Source: Leptolyngbyaceae cyanobacterium (GTDB lineage Bacteria; Cyanobacteriota; Cyanobacteriia; Phormidesmidales; Phormidesmidaceae). Taken from it: 64,000 nt of DNA. The position numbers were made by a program, and so were the translations under genes. The DNA lies in assembly GCA_965263355.1 (NCBI GenBank), contig CBDHHL010000056.1:1536001-1600000 (forward strand), in the 5' to 3' direction. Under the pieces are notes generated by a model, which was given only the letters and a program-made list of their open reading frames with translations, had not been told where the DNA came from and searched no databases. Shown piece by piece: positions 1 to 10,575 of the stretch; within the stretch, counting starts at the first letter, position 1; every line of letters begins with the position of its first letter.

Positions 1-949
1 CCAGGGGAGTGGATGGTTGAAAGCCAACAACCTGTCGTAGAGGACCGACATCGGCACAGGTTTCTAGAACATCTCCTGGCTGTATTGGCAGCATGTTCTT
101 GTTAGCTTTAATCCCCAGATAGTTTTCGATTACCTCGATAAAATGCATCAGTTCTACAGGGCAGCCATTACCAATGTTATAGATATGGTAAGGAGCATGA
201 CTATGGCCAGGGTCAATATTGCCTTGTCCACTGGACTCCGGAATGTGGTGAAGAGTACGCACTACACCTTCAACAACGTCATCTATATAGGTAAAATCAC
301 GACGCATGCGGCCATAGTTATAAACATCGATAGTGCGTCCTTCAAGGATGGCTTTTGTAAATTTGAAGGGAGCCATATCGGGGCGTCCCCAGGGACCATA
401 GACAGTAAAAAAGCGTAACCCTGTTGTGGGTAAACCGTAGAGATGACTGTAGGTATGGGCCATCAGTTCATTGGCTTTTTTAGTAGCAGCATAGAGACTG
501 ATGGGATGATCAACGCTTTGACTGACAGCATAGGGAAGCTGCCGGTTGGCTCCATAGACTGAGCTAGAAGAGGCAAAAACGAGATGTTGCACCTGGTAAT
601 GACGGCAGCCTTCAAGTATGTTGACAAAGCCCACAAGGTTACTATCGGCATAAGCGTTAGGATTTTCAAGGGAGTAACGTACTCCTGCCTGGGCAGCGAG
701 ATGAACTACTTGTACTGGCGCATAGTGAGCAAATAATTTATCCAGACCATCGCGGTTAACAATATCAAGGCGGTGAAACTTAAATTGAGGATGAGATTTG
801 AGCTGGGCTAAGCGTCCTTGTTTGAGCCGTACATCATAGTAAGTGTTGAGGTTATCAATGCCAATGACAGAATACCCTTGTTTGAGAAGAACCTGGGTAA
901 CATGGTAGCCGATGAATCCAGCAGCACCAGTAACAAGAATGGGTGACAT
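1..949 (-). CDS. NAD-dependent epimerase, UDP-glucuronate 4-epimerase-like (3' end runs off the window)
   Basis: Manual translation from ATG at 949: MSPILVTGAAGFIGYH...VHLAAQAGVRYSLENP...ASSSSVYG...SLYAATKKANELMAHTYSHLYGLPTTGLRFFTVYGPWGRPDMA. It has the Rossmann and YxxxK motifs and is absent from the ORF track because it has no stop in the window. Confidence 0.93.
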   Translation of the reverse strand, partial: MSPILVTGAAGFIGYHVTQVLLKQGYSVIGIDNLNTYYDVRLKQGRLAQLKSHPQFKFHRLDIVNRDGLDKLFAHYAPVQVVHLAAQAGVRYSLENPNAYADSNLVGFVNILEGCRHYQVQHLVFASSSSVYGANRQLPYAVSQSVDHPISLYAATKKANELMAHTYSHLYGLPTTGLRFFTVYGPWGRPDMAPFKFTKAILEGRTIDVYNYGRMRRDFTYIDDVVEGVVRTLHHIPESSGQGNIDPGHSHAPYHIYNIGNGCPVELMHFIEVIENYLGIKANKNMLPIQPGDVLETCADVGPLRQVVGFQPSTPL

Positions 950-977
950 GGGAAAATCTCCTAAAGATGACAATGGA

Positions 978-2069
978 TTAAATGTTGATACCTTGAACAA
1001 TCGGGCGATGGTTTTTGGGATAATGGATAACGCTAAGGTGACCAGATTTGATGCAAATTTTTGTGCTTTCTGAGGAATGACCACCCAGAGTGTCACTAAG
1101 TAAGGTTTGGATGGTTGTGGTGGGTGCGATCGCAATTCCGGTAATCAAACCTTGTTTAGTACAGAGAGAGTCAGGCCAATCCTGTTGGTAATATTGTAGA
1201 AAATCAACCCCTTCATCTATAAACTTTGCGGTATTTGAGTGGTATTGTAAGAGACCTGGTAAATACTGTTCTCCTGATGCAGTTGAAAAGCAAAAGTCTA
1301 GCTTAATGTTGGCAAGACGTTGGGCCAACTGTTCACAAGTAGTCAATGTGAGATGGTCTATGGCCAGGAGTAACAGTCGTAATCCCCCTTTTCCCGCCTT
1401 AAGCTTGGGCAGAACTTCCTGGATTGGCGAAGTATAGTTTAGCCTCAAAAGGCTTGTATCAGTCCCGCAGAACTGCAATACACTAATACCACAGTTAGAT
1501 TGTTGTAAACAGTGATGATGTTGGGGTGACAGGCCAAGTGCTGTGCTGATTAAAGCATGATTAGTACCACCATGGCTAACCACCAGGATAGTCTTACCAG
1601 AATTCTGAGAAAGGCTATGGTCCCAGAATTTATGGGCTCTTTTATAGAGATCATTGACTGGAAAATAATAACTATTGTCAGTCTGGGGGAGCTGAAACGT
1701 TTCCGGAAAATGTTGCCAGCGATGATAAGCCTCTTTATGATGTTGGCGTACATTTTCATAGGATAGCCCTTCCCACACAGACAAGTCTATCTCTCTTAGA
1801 TAGGAGCTTACTCTAATCGGTATAGGAGACTTTAGCTCCATGGCCTTGAGAATTCTATTGGTGGTTTGTTTAGCTCGCAATAAAGGGCTTGTGTAAACGC
1901 CATCAAGAGATATGCTACGAAGATAGATGCCAACCTGTTTGGCCGTTTGAATCCCTTTTAAGGTGAGGACGGACTGATCAGAGCTACCCTGATAACGCCC
2001 CTGGTCATTAAAGGTACTGCGTCCATGACGAACCAAGATAATCCGACTGATGCGCCGATTAGTTGGCAT
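978..2069 (-). CDS. Histidine phosphatase (phosphoglycerate mutase family) with a degenerate second domain
   Basis: LVRHGRS, YTSPLLRAKQT, LREIDLSVWEG and VVSHGG motifs; the C-terminal third lacks RHG. Confidence 0.88.
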   Translation of the reverse strand: MPTNRRISRIILVRHGRSTFNDQGRYQGSSDQSVLTLKGIQTAKQVGIYLRSISLDGVYTSPLLRAKQTTNRILKAMELKSPIPIRVSSYLREIDLSVWEGLSYENVRQHHKEAYHRWQHFPETFQLPQTDNSYYFPVNDLYKRAHKFWDHSLSQNSGKTILVVSHGGTNHALISTALGLSPQHHHCLQQSNCGISVLQFCGTDTSLLRLNYTSPIQEVLPKLKAGKGGLRLLLLAIDHLTLTTCEQLAQRLANIKLDFCFSTASGEQYLPGLLQYHSNTAKFIDEGVDFLQYYQQDWPDSLCTKQGLITGIAIAPTTTIQTLLSDTLGGHSSESTKICIKSGHLSVIHYPKNHRPIVQGINI

Positions 2070-3897
2070 AGCTCGTCTCCATCAAATAGCTACCGGATTG
2101 CAAGCGATACATTTGGGCATAGCCTCCCCCTTCAGCCATGAGTTGGTCATGGGTGCCGTGCTCTAGGATACGCCCTTGCTCGATGTAGACAATCTGGTCA
2201 GCATGTTGAACGGTGCTCAGATTATGGGAAATCCAGAAGCTGGTTCTACCCTGGGTTAGACGATGCAGCGCCTCGCTGACCAATGCTTCACTCCCACTAT
2301 CGAGGCCTGTGGTAGGTTCATCAAGAATGACAATGGGAGCCTTACGAATGGCAGCACGGGCAATGGCAATGCGCTGACGCTGACCACCGGAGAGGGTAGC
2401 CCCTCGCTCACCCAAAAGGGTGTCATATCCCTGGGGTAACTCCATGATAAAGTCGTGGGCATTGGCCAAACGGGCAGCGGCCTCAATCTCAGCCTCACTG
2501 GCCCCCAGGGCACCATAGGAAATGTTGTCACGGACGCTGGCAGCAAACAGAATACTGTCTTGTAAAACAACGCTGACTTGTTGTCGCAATGAATCTAGAG
2601 TATATTCTCGTAGATCATGGCCGTCGATATATACTCCGCCTTCAATGGGGTCATAAAACCGTAGTAACAGGCTAATGAGTGTGGACTTGCCTCCACCAGA
2701 GGGCCCTACGATGGCCACCTGTTCTCCTGGTTGAGCAGAAAAGGTGAGATTGCGGAGAATTCCTTTTTCTGAATCGTAGGCAAAGGTGACATTTTTGCAC
2801 TGTACATCGCCGCGAAATGGAGGGGCCGTTTGTGCCCCTTTGAGGTCACGCACATCAGGAATGGTATCGAGTAAGGTAACCACCCGCTCACCGGAGGCAA
2901 TAGCCTTGGCAATTTGTCCCGTATATTTAGCCAGCTGACGCATGGGCTTAAAGGCCACTTTTAGGTAGGTCACAAAGACCAGTAAATCCCCCGGCGTGGC
3001 ATGACCGGCCAACACCAACTGTACCCCACGCCATAGCACCATAGCCTGTACAATCGCTACAAGTGTTTCTATCAGACGTTCCTGCCCAGCTCGCAGGCGC
3101 TGGGTCTCAGCACTTTCCTTGAGACTCTTGCGGTTGTTTTTAGCAAAGGTTTGCCCCAAAAAGTCTTGGAGGGAGAGGGCTTGCACCACCTTAATAGCGC
3201 CGATAGCTTCGGCAGCCGAGGCCGCCATAGCCCCTTCTCGCTTACGCTGGGTACGAGCGACCTGATGGATTCTCTTAGACATCTTAGTGGTGGTGAGGAT
3301 GAAAAGGGGAAGAACTGCGATCGCAATCAGCGCCAGTTGCCAATTCAGCCAAAAAATCACCCCTACCATGCCAATTAGCGTGAGAAAATGAGTAATCAAC
3401 GGCAACACCGCTACCACAGTGACTTCCCGCAGTCGTTCAATATCGTAGGTAACGCGGGTAATCAGGTCACCACTCTTAGCACGGTTGTGGAAAGACAGTG
3501 ACAGACTTTGAATGTGACTGTAGAGTTGGCCTCGTATATCTGCCATGACATGGGTCGCTGCTACCGCCATGCCCACTGTACTGAAATAGGCGGCAGCTCC
3601 ACGACCTGCGGCAATTACAACAAGAGCCACTGAAAGCATCGTCAGCACTAGCAAGGGGGAAAATCCCGCTAACGATTCAATATGATGACCGTGAACGTTA
3701 AAACCAGTGGGCAAAATCACCCGGTCGAACATAAGTTTGAGCGGCCAGGGAGCTAACAGCTGTAGCGCAGTTTCTACAATCAGAGCTAAAAAGGCACCGA
3801 TTAGTAATCTGGACTGTTTACGAATGTGAGGCCAGAAACGATGGATGATTTTTTGCAGACCAGGTACAGCTGCTCTCAAAGATTTAGGTTTAGCCAT
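2059..3897 (-). CDS. ABC exporter, fused permease and ATPase (MsbA-like)
   Basis: N-terminal TM helices; Walker A GPSGGGKST, signature LSGGQRQR, Walker B IVILDEPT. Confidence 0.95.
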   Translation of the reverse strand: MAKPKSLRAAVPGLQKIIHRFWPHIRKQSRLLIGAFLALIVETALQLLAPWPLKLMFDRVILPTGFNVHGHHIESLAGFSPLLVLTMLSVALVVIAAGRGAAAYFSTVGMAVAATHVMADIRGQLYSHIQSLSLSFHNRAKSGDLITRVTYDIERLREVTVVAVLPLITHFLTLIGMVGVIFWLNWQLALIAIAVLPLFILTTTKMSKRIHQVARTQRKREGAMAASAAEAIGAIKVVQALSLQDFLGQTFAKNNRKSLKESAETQRLRAGQERLIETLVAIVQAMVLWRGVQLVLAGHATPGDLLVFVTYLKVAFKPMRQLAKYTGQIAKAIASGERVVTLLDTIPDVRDLKGAQTAPPFRGDVQCKNVTFAYDSEKGILRNLTFSAQPGEQVAIVGPSGGGKSTLISLLLRFYDPIEGGVYIDGHDLREYTLDSLRQQVSVVLQDSILFAASVRDNISYGALGASEAEIEAAARLANAHDFIMELPQGYDTLLGERGATLSGGQRQRIAIARAAIRKAPIVILDEPTTGLDSGSEALVSEALHRLTQGRTSFWISHNLSTVQHADQIVYIEQGRILEHGTHDQLMAEGGGYAQMYRLQSGSYLMETSYAN

Positions 3898-4002
3898 GGG
3901 GATAACAAGATAAGCTCTTCATTTATTGCGCAGAGGTTTGATAGCGGTTTGATACCATGGACGACCACTTAGCCTGTACAGATGTAAATCATTTGCCTTG
4001 GT

Positions 4003-5046
4003 TTAAGAACTGGTTTTGCCATGCAGACAGGTATATCGCCAAGTAATAAACTGATTCAACTGGCGTTCTAGCTTAATAACAACCTGTTCTAGACTAGGAA
4101 CAGGTTGGCCAAAGGTGAATTTTCGCAATAATGGTCGTAGAAACGCATAATGACGACGATGTCCCAACCGCTTGTAACGCTTCTTAAAGTACTTATCCTT
4201 ATCTAAATTCCACTTGTTACGAAATCGCTTGAGACTTTTAACCTCCCATTCGTCACTCCAGCGCAGCATAAAGAATGATAGATCTGACCAACGGTAGAGA
4301 ATATCGGGCACATAGGTGACAACAGAATCAGGTTCACAATAGATTTTTCCACCTGATTGCATAACAGTGAGGCAAAAATCGATATGCTCTCGGGTACTTA
4401 GCAACTGTTCATCCAAGAGTCCCGTTTTATCAAATACGGATCGCTTCACTAACATGCAGTGAAATTCAGCAAACTCACAGGCCCGTCGCTGAAGCTGATC
4501 TTGCACATCAGTGACAGTACGATTAACAAAATAATGTTTTTCATGCACACGACGACGTACCTTATCACCCTTGAGTTCTGTCAAAATTCTGGCTTCCCCA
4601 CCGGCCAGGTGCACGATTTGGTGCAGTGGTTTACCGATACAGGTGAGGGGACAAACTACTGCGGCGTCCGTTTCTTGGGCACACTGCCACAGCTTGCCTA
4701 ACCAACCCATGGAAACGTGAACATCGTTGTCGATAAACAGTACATAGTCAGTTTTAACTTGGCTCAACCCCAAATTACGGGCCTGGTTAGGCGAAAGAAA
4801 GTAGTCAGTCCGGATCAGGGTAAAATCTCGTTCGGCAGTGGCCTGTTGGAGATAACGCTGGACGGATTTTGGGGAACCTCCATCTACATAAACTAGGTCA
4901 AACGGCAGGTCAGTATATTGATAAATACTCTCCAAAGATTGTTGAGTATAGCTAAACCGTTCCCGTGGAACGACGACAATTGTAATGGTCGGCGGTGATG
5001 AAAGGGCTACTGTGCTGGCAGCAACATGTGTGGATTCCATGGTCAC
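4003..5046 (-). CDS. Glycosyltransferase family 2 (GT-A fold)
   Basis: ITIVVVPR, VYVDGGS, ARNLGL and LFIDND (DxD) motifs. Confidence 0.88.
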   Translation of the reverse strand: MTMESTHVAASTVALSSPPTITIVVVPRERFSYTQQSLESIYQYTDLPFDLVYVDGGSPKSVQRYLQQATAERDFTLIRTDYFLSPNQARNLGLSQVKTDYVLFIDNDVHVSMGWLGKLWQCAQETDAAVVCPLTCIGKPLHQIVHLAGGEARILTELKGDKVRRRVHEKHYFVNRTVTDVQDQLQRRACEFAEFHCMLVKRSVFDKTGLLDEQLLSTREHIDFCLTVMQSGGKIYCEPDSVVTYVPDILYRWSDLSFFMLRWSDEWEVKSLKRFRNKWNLDKDKYFKKRYKRLGHRRHYAFLRPLLRKFTFGQPVPSLEQVVIKLERQLNQFITWRYTCLHGKTSS

Positions 5047-5113
5047 TATTCCTCAAAATTACGATCTGAAAAATTATGGTTTGATGATGGGTCGGATCTG
5101 ATGAGTGAATGAT

Positions 5114-6313
5114 TTAGCCCGCAAGAACGGTAAATTGGGGAGATAACACCTGCTGGTATACCTTGGCCCAGTTTTGTTGTTCGACTGCAGGTACTAGCTG
5201 CTGATATATCGTTGCTTTCGCGGCCTGCCCCAGGCGATGACGCAGTTCCGGTGATTGGGCCAGGGTCAAAATGGCGCTCTTAAGGTCAGAACTCGATCCA
5301 GGCGGCACCACCAGACCGTTGTGGTTATGGTCCAAGATCTCACCGATGGCATCAACGCTGCTACCGACAATGGCGCGCCCTGCCAGCATGGCTTCAAGTA
5401 GTGCATTGGGACAACCATCATGGAGCGATGGAATTGCGTAAACATCCATGTAGCGTAGATAAGCCATACCCTCAGTGCGGGGAACCATACCAGTGATGAG
5501 AGTATGGTCGGTCATGTCGCTGTCGTGAATGGCAGCCTCCCAATAGGGGCGCTCCCGTTCCGCAAAGTCACCCACTAGCAATAGGGTCAGGGGCGTCGTT
5601 TGTTTTATTTGAGTACAAGCATCCAAGAGATATTCTAAGCCTTTTTTATCGCGGAACCGCCCGACTGAGCCAATCACTAGCCCCTTTAATCGCTCGGCTA
5701 GAGGAGGGGTGGAGAGGTCAGAAAAATCTATGGGCTGAATTGAATTTAAGAACGCGCTGGATTTATCTTTGATGGCAGGAACCATTACATGACCACGGTT
5801 TTGTAAATCACGGCTAACGAAAGTAACCCAGTCGGAACTTTCTAAAATCCAGCCAATCTGCCCATGCTGTTTTGGACTAAACACATGCTTGTGCAGATCG
5901 CTACCTCGCACACTGTTAACAACCGGAACACCTTCTTCTTTGGCAAGGAGAGTGGTAATAAAGCCCGTCTCGTTAATAAAGAACGCGTGGAACAGGTCAA
6001 ACTGTTGCTGATAGTGAAGCTGTTTGAGCTGAAAATAAATTTCGCTACGGTAGTCCTGTAAAATAGGTGCATTGGAACGATTGGCTGGAGTCAGACGGTG
6101 CACCTGGATGCCACCCTGGTCAGTGGTGTTACAGGATGAGCGATGGTATCCTTCGACTTTGCGCTGTTTAGAATGGAATACAGCTACGTGGACTTCGTAG
6201 CCCACATCTTGCAGAAGGTTAGCAATGCGGGCAACAGACTCGCCAACGCCACCAACATCGGGGGGAAATTCGAGAGTTGTGATACAAACTTTAGACTGTG
6301 TCATGTTTATCAC
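5114..6313 (-). CDS. Glycosyltransferase family 4 (GT-B fold)
   Basis: VGRFRDKKG and PSLHDGCPNALLEAMLAG motifs. Confidence 0.92.
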   Translation of the reverse strand: MINMTQSKVCITTLEFPPDVGGVGESVARIANLLQDVGYEVHVAVFHSKQRKVEGYHRSSCNTTDQGGIQVHRLTPANRSNAPILQDYRSEIYFQLKQLHYQQQFDLFHAFFINETGFITTLLAKEEGVPVVNSVRGSDLHKHVFSPKQHGQIGWILESSDWVTFVSRDLQNRGHVMVPAIKDKSSAFLNSIQPIDFSDLSTPPLAERLKGLVIGSVGRFRDKKGLEYLLDACTQIKQTTPLTLLLVGDFAERERPYWEAAIHDSDMTDHTLITGMVPRTEGMAYLRYMDVYAIPSLHDGCPNALLEAMLAGRAIVGSSVDAIGEILDHNHNGLVVPPGSSSDLKSAILTLAQSPELRHRLGQAAKATIYQQLVPAVEQQNWAKVYQQVLSPQFTVLAG

Positions 6314-6380
6314 CTTAGGGAAATTGGTAAAAAACTTGAATGAAAGAGTTTGATAACAATGCTGGTCAAATTAACCTTAA

Positions 6381-7541
6381 TTAAACGAGGACTGCCTGTT
6401 TAACTAAGGTATTTACATACTGAGCGGTTTGTCTGACGCCTTGAAGAGAGAAGTATTGCTGGGTGGGTTTATGGTCCAGCGCTGCCATAATTTCACAGGA
6501 AAACCGCTCAGGGGTAAGGGCATCTCGGTCGATCACTTTGACGATACCGAGTTGCTCTAATCGAGTGCACCGTAGACGCTGTTCCTGGTCATCATTACCG
6601 GTAAAGGGGAGCTGCATAGCACGGACACCGGTTTGCAACACATTCAAGGTAGTGTTGTAGCCAGCCATGCTAATGGACAGGTCTGCCTTAGCCATATAGC
6701 TCAGTAGGTCAGGGGTATAGCGCTGCACAGTAAGATTGGGCCGTTGGGCGGCGATAGATTGTAATCGTTCGTAGACCGCATCGGGTGAAAATGGCCCTGT
6801 AAACATGTGGATATGGTGGGGAATTTTATATTCTAAGAACTGACTAGCCTGAGCAACACAGTCTAGAAGTTCATGGCCAAAGCGTCCCCCACCGACACTT
6901 GTGAGAATCATAGGCGGTTCAGTTTTGTTTTTAGGGGCAAACTCTCGGTCAACATCGGGGACCACATAGCCAGTGTAATGAACGTCACAGGAGAGGTCAT
7001 TTACTCTGGAAAAGCTGGTTTCTAGGGATAAAAACTCTGGATCACCATGGATAAGCAGCTGGTCAAAGTGGCGATTCATTAGCTTACAGACCTTGGCTTC
7101 ATGTCGGGCCTGATCTTGCTTGGTAACCACAATATCTCGCAGGCTGCAAATAGTCTTTGCACCCTGCTCTTTCGCTCTCTCTAAAAGGGGGACAAGTTCA
7201 GTGGAAAAGCGACGGCGGCCAAAGGGAAAGAGTTCGACCATGACGGCATTGGGGCGGATGCGATCGCACACCTCCAACAGCAATTCACGGCGATAGGTTA
7301 AGGCTGCATCCACATCGGCAAAGCCTTCTGGCACCTGTAGTTCTCGAAAGTTAGCATCGGTCTTAATGGCCGGCAGATTAATGATTTCAATCCCTTCAGG
7401 CATAGGGAAATCCTGGATAACTTCCCCACCATTGACAAAATACACTTTAAAGTCTTGAGTTAAGCCACGGGCAATGGCCATACTACGAATCAAATGCCCG
7501 ATGCCAAGAATGTGCTGACAGTAAAACAGTAAGGTTCTCAT
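6381..7541 (-). CDS. GT-B glycosyltransferase, COG4671/GT28-C-like
   Basis: MRTLLFYCQHILGIGHLIR, ELFPFGRRRF, SVGGGRFG, SMAGYNT. The ATG at 7541 is preferred over the ORF-track start at 7649 because the family signature begins there. Confidence 0.85.
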   Translation of the reverse strand: MRTLLFYCQHILGIGHLIRSMAIARGLTQDFKVYFVNGGEVIQDFPMPEGIEIINLPAIKTDANFRELQVPEGFADVDAALTYRRELLLEVCDRIRPNAVMVELFPFGRRRFSTELVPLLERAKEQGAKTICSLRDIVVTKQDQARHEAKVCKLMNRHFDQLLIHGDPEFLSLETSFSRVNDLSCDVHYTGYVVPDVDREFAPKNKTEPPMILTSVGGGRFGHELLDCVAQASQFLEYKIPHHIHMFTGPFSPDAVYERLQSIAAQRPNLTVQRYTPDLLSYMAKADLSISMAGYNTTLNVLQTGVRAMQLPFTGNDDQEQRLRCTRLEQLGIVKVIDRDALTPERFSCEIMAALDHKPTQQYFSLQGVRQTAQYVNTLVKQAVLV

Positions 7542-7648
7542 AAGGTCTTCTCTCAAAAATAAACTTGATGAACAAGGGAAATCGTTTACTACAATGCTGC
7601 AAACGCTCAGAAGCTCTCTCTTGGGAGGAATAGTTTTGGCCACGAGCA

Positions 7649-8935
7649 TTAAGCCGTTGCCAGCCTTAGCAAATTCTCTAAGGTACTTACTTGGGATTGC
7701 TGAGCCACCGGCTCCTTTACTGCTGACAGCAGCCAGTCTTTAACAACTCCCACATTATTAGTGAGGCCAAACTTTTCTAGAACAGTTAAACGCCCGGTCC
7801 GACCTAGTGTTTTTCTGAGTTCAGGCTGACAGATCAGAGTTTTTAGCGCCTGGGATAATGTTTGCTCATTTTTCTCTGGCACCAGCAGACCATTATGGTT
7901 AGGAATGACCAGTTCGGAAATACCTGAAATATCCGTAGAGACGACCGGCAGCTCCATGGCCATAGCTTCTAGTAGCACATTGGGAATGCCGTCACGGTCG
8001 CCATCATCAGTCACTAAACAAGGAAGCACAAACGCATCGGCGCGCTGGTAGTACTTAATCAGTTCATCCTGGGCTAGTTGACCCACCAAAGTGACATACT
8101 CATTGAGTTCTAACTGGTCAATTTGTTGTCGAATGGCGTTTTCTAAAGGCCCATAGCCAATAATGGCAGACTTGAAAGATAATCCTTGCTGTTTTAGTAA
8201 ATAACAAGCCTTGAGTAAATAAGGAAATCCCTTCTTCTCACAGAAACGACCTACGCTAAGAATCAGAGGTACGCCAGATGTTTGAGGTCTAGGAGCGGGG
8301 CTAAATCGTGTTACATCAAGGCCATGGTACGCCAGATGAATCGGTGTGCAAGATGTAGAAACCTCCTCAAGATAACGACGGTTGTAGTCGGTGCAGGTGA
8401 GCACAAACTTGGCCTTGGCCATGCGTCGATCAAGCACTACCCGCTCCGTTAGATAGATATCTTTAGCATGGGCCGTAATGCTGTAAGAAACCCCAGAGAA
8501 TATTTGGGCAATCTCAGCTGTAGCAGTCGGGATATTCGCAAAGTGAACATGAAGGTGAGTAATCCCAAGTTGTTGCAACTGTAGCCCTAGGTATCCCCCT
8601 TGTAAAAACTCATGCAGGCAACGCTCTTCGTCACGACTTTGATAAAAGTTAAGGGCCTTCAGATAGGTGCCGGGATCTTGGTCAAAAAGGGTGCGATGGG
8701 CATTGAGTAGTTCATCTTCTTTTTCTGGAGCATCAACAGGTTTTAGCGATGGGATGTAGGTAACTGGAGCCTTGACACGGGCCACCCCAGGATGGACACG
8801 ATCTTCTTGGGGTTCTCTTAGGGAGAAGATATGGAGATTAAGTCCCTGATCTTCTAACTCTAGAATCTCATTGAGAATAAAGGTTTCCGAAAGTTTAGGA
8901 TAGGTTTTTAACAAAAATCCGATTACAGGGCGCAT
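7649..8935 (-). CDS. Glycosyltransferase family 4 (WcaL-like)
   Basis: YPKLSETFILNE, HLHVHFA, TAHAKDIY, VGRFCEKKG, DRDGIPNVLLEAMA. Confidence 0.92.
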   Translation of the reverse strand: MRPVIGFLLKTYPKLSETFILNEILELEDQGLNLHIFSLREPQEDRVHPGVARVKAPVTYIPSLKPVDAPEKEDELLNAHRTLFDQDPGTYLKALNFYQSRDEERCLHEFLQGGYLGLQLQQLGITHLHVHFANIPTATAEIAQIFSGVSYSITAHAKDIYLTERVVLDRRMAKAKFVLTCTDYNRRYLEEVSTSCTPIHLAYHGLDVTRFSPAPRPQTSGVPLILSVGRFCEKKGFPYLLKACYLLKQQGLSFKSAIIGYGPLENAIRQQIDQLELNEYVTLVGQLAQDELIKYYQRADAFVLPCLVTDDGDRDGIPNVLLEAMAMELPVVSTDISGISELVIPNHNGLLVPEKNEQTLSQALKTLICQPELRKTLGRTGRLTVLEKFGLTNNVGVVKDWLLSAVKEPVAQQSQVSTLENLLRLATA

Positions 8936-10149
8936 GATAATTTCGCTAGGGTATAACTAGTTGGCTGAGTGATAGTGGAACTAAGGTCCTGCATCAGCTG
9001 GGCAATGCGAGGTAGACCGTCAAGGCGAAAACTGCTGAGGCCATAGGGTTTAACCGTGAGAGCCTGGTCTAAGGTTTGGGAGAGTAGGGCTGGGGTTAAC
9101 CTTTGGGGGAAAATGGTGTAGACCAGTCCCCGGTCAGCAAACTGTTTAGCACGGATCCACTGTTCTTGAACGGGTTGGGTGCGTGGAACAATGATGGCAG
9201 ATTTGCGGAGTGAAAGAAGCTCGCAAGTTGTGTTGTATCCTCCCATGGCCACGACCGCATTGGCAGCATTGAGATAACTAATGAGATCATCACTAAACTC
9301 TAGAAATTGAACTTGGGGGTAAACGGCTGCCTGAGCCTGAAACTGTTGCTGCTGCTTGGCAGGCATTTCTGGTCCAGCGATAATGACCGTTTTGGGAATA
9401 GAACGAGAGGTCGCTATTCGTTGCTCAAGACTTGCTAAGTAGGTTTGAATCAGCTGTTGCCCATCTCCACCACCACCAGGGGTAACCACTACTAGAGATT
9501 CGTCTGAACTCACCCCTAGCTGTTGCCGGAGCAGAACGCTGGGAGTGCGGCCATGGCCTCGGTGAAGGTATCCGCAAAACCTAACTTTACGACGTAAAGG
9601 AAGCGGAAACTGATATTCATCTGGCAGATTGAAGATATCAGCGTCTCCAACTATCCACACCTGGTCATAATGTGTTTGAGTCAGATGATAATAGTTGTTC
9701 TTTTGCCACTGACGGATAGTTGCAGCAGGAGTATCCAGAATATCCCGCAGTAACAAAACCCGTTTAGTGGCAGGTCTCTTTCGTCTCAGATACTCCAGGG
9801 TTTCCCTAAGCTCATTACGCAGACCTTGAGGCTTTTTATCTACCAGCAGCACATCTGGCTGAAAGTGGACTGCTGCTATCAGGATTAGATGAGATCGCAG
9901 CTGTACCAGCGTCTCTGGCATACTTTTCAAGTAACGGGCCTCTAGTCGACCAGACGTATCACGCCCCAGACAAGGCAATTTGATATAGTCAAGCCCCTCA
10001 GGCAGCCGGAGTGTGTGCAGGGCAGGAGAGCCTGACACCACCAGTATGGAGACATTGGGCAAGGTGCGCAGCAGATACTCACAAATTGTTAGCATGCGAC
10101 GAATGTTGCCCAGCCCAAAGGCATCGTGGGAATAGACCATTAATTTCAT
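8923..10149 (-). CDS. GT-B glycosyltransferase, COG4671-like (paralog of 6381-7541)
   Basis: YSHDAFGLGNIRR, LRDILD, TPGGGGDG, AMGGYNT. Confidence 0.87.
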   Translation of the reverse strand: MKLMVYSHDAFGLGNIRRMLTICEYLLRTLPNVSILVVSGSPALHTLRLPEGLDYIKLPCLGRDTSGRLEARYLKSMPETLVQLRSHLILIAAVHFQPDVLLVDKKPQGLRNELRETLEYLRRKRPATKRVLLLRDILDTPAATIRQWQKNNYYHLTQTHYDQVWIVGDADIFNLPDEYQFPLPLRRKVRFCGYLHRGHGRTPSVLLRQQLGVSSDESLVVVTPGGGGDGQQLIQTYLASLEQRIATSRSIPKTVIIAGPEMPAKQQQQFQAQAAVYPQVQFLEFSDDLISYLNAANAVVAMGGYNTTCELLSLRKSAIIVPRTQPVQEQWIRAKQFADRGLVYTIFPQRLTPALLSQTLDQALTVKPYGLSSFRLDGLPRIAQLMQDLSSTITQPTSYTLAKLSCAL

Positions 10150-10179
10150 GTCAGGATCTCCTTAGGATGTTCGCAATGC

Positions 10180-10575
10180 CTATGCAGCCATCACTGAGGA
10201 ACGTTCGACCGTAGGCCACAAGAGTTGTCCGGCACTGGGGTGACCAATGGCCTGATAAATGTGCTGACCAATTCCCCGAGCCACAGCTTCTACATAGCGA
10301 GTATCACTCTCCCCATTGGGTAGCGGTGGCGTGCCCACCGCAATAAACAGAACCTCGCCATGGTTTACCCCAGCCACCAAGTCTGTGGTAAACGACAGTT
10401 GTTCTGACCTCAGAATATCCGTAAGTCCCGGCTCATAAATGGGAGATTGACCGACCTGCAAAGTAGCCACTTTCTCTGCGTTGTTATCAACACACACAAC
10501 ATCATGACCAATGCGGGCTAAACAAGTACCCGTTACTAATCCAACATAGCCGGCACCAATGATAGATACGCGCAT
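10180..10575 (-). pseudogene. ugd: UDP-glucose 6-dehydrogenase with a large internal deletion
   Basis: MRVSIIGAGYVGLVTGTCLA...PIYEPGL...FIAVGTP is the Ugd NAD-binding N-terminus, but the ORF is only about 131 aa and lacks the catalytic GGSC region. Confidence 0.85.

Noticed and set aside
143..669. ORFs 143-418 (+) and 463-669 (-)
   Set aside because: Shadow frames of the minus-strand epimerase gene.
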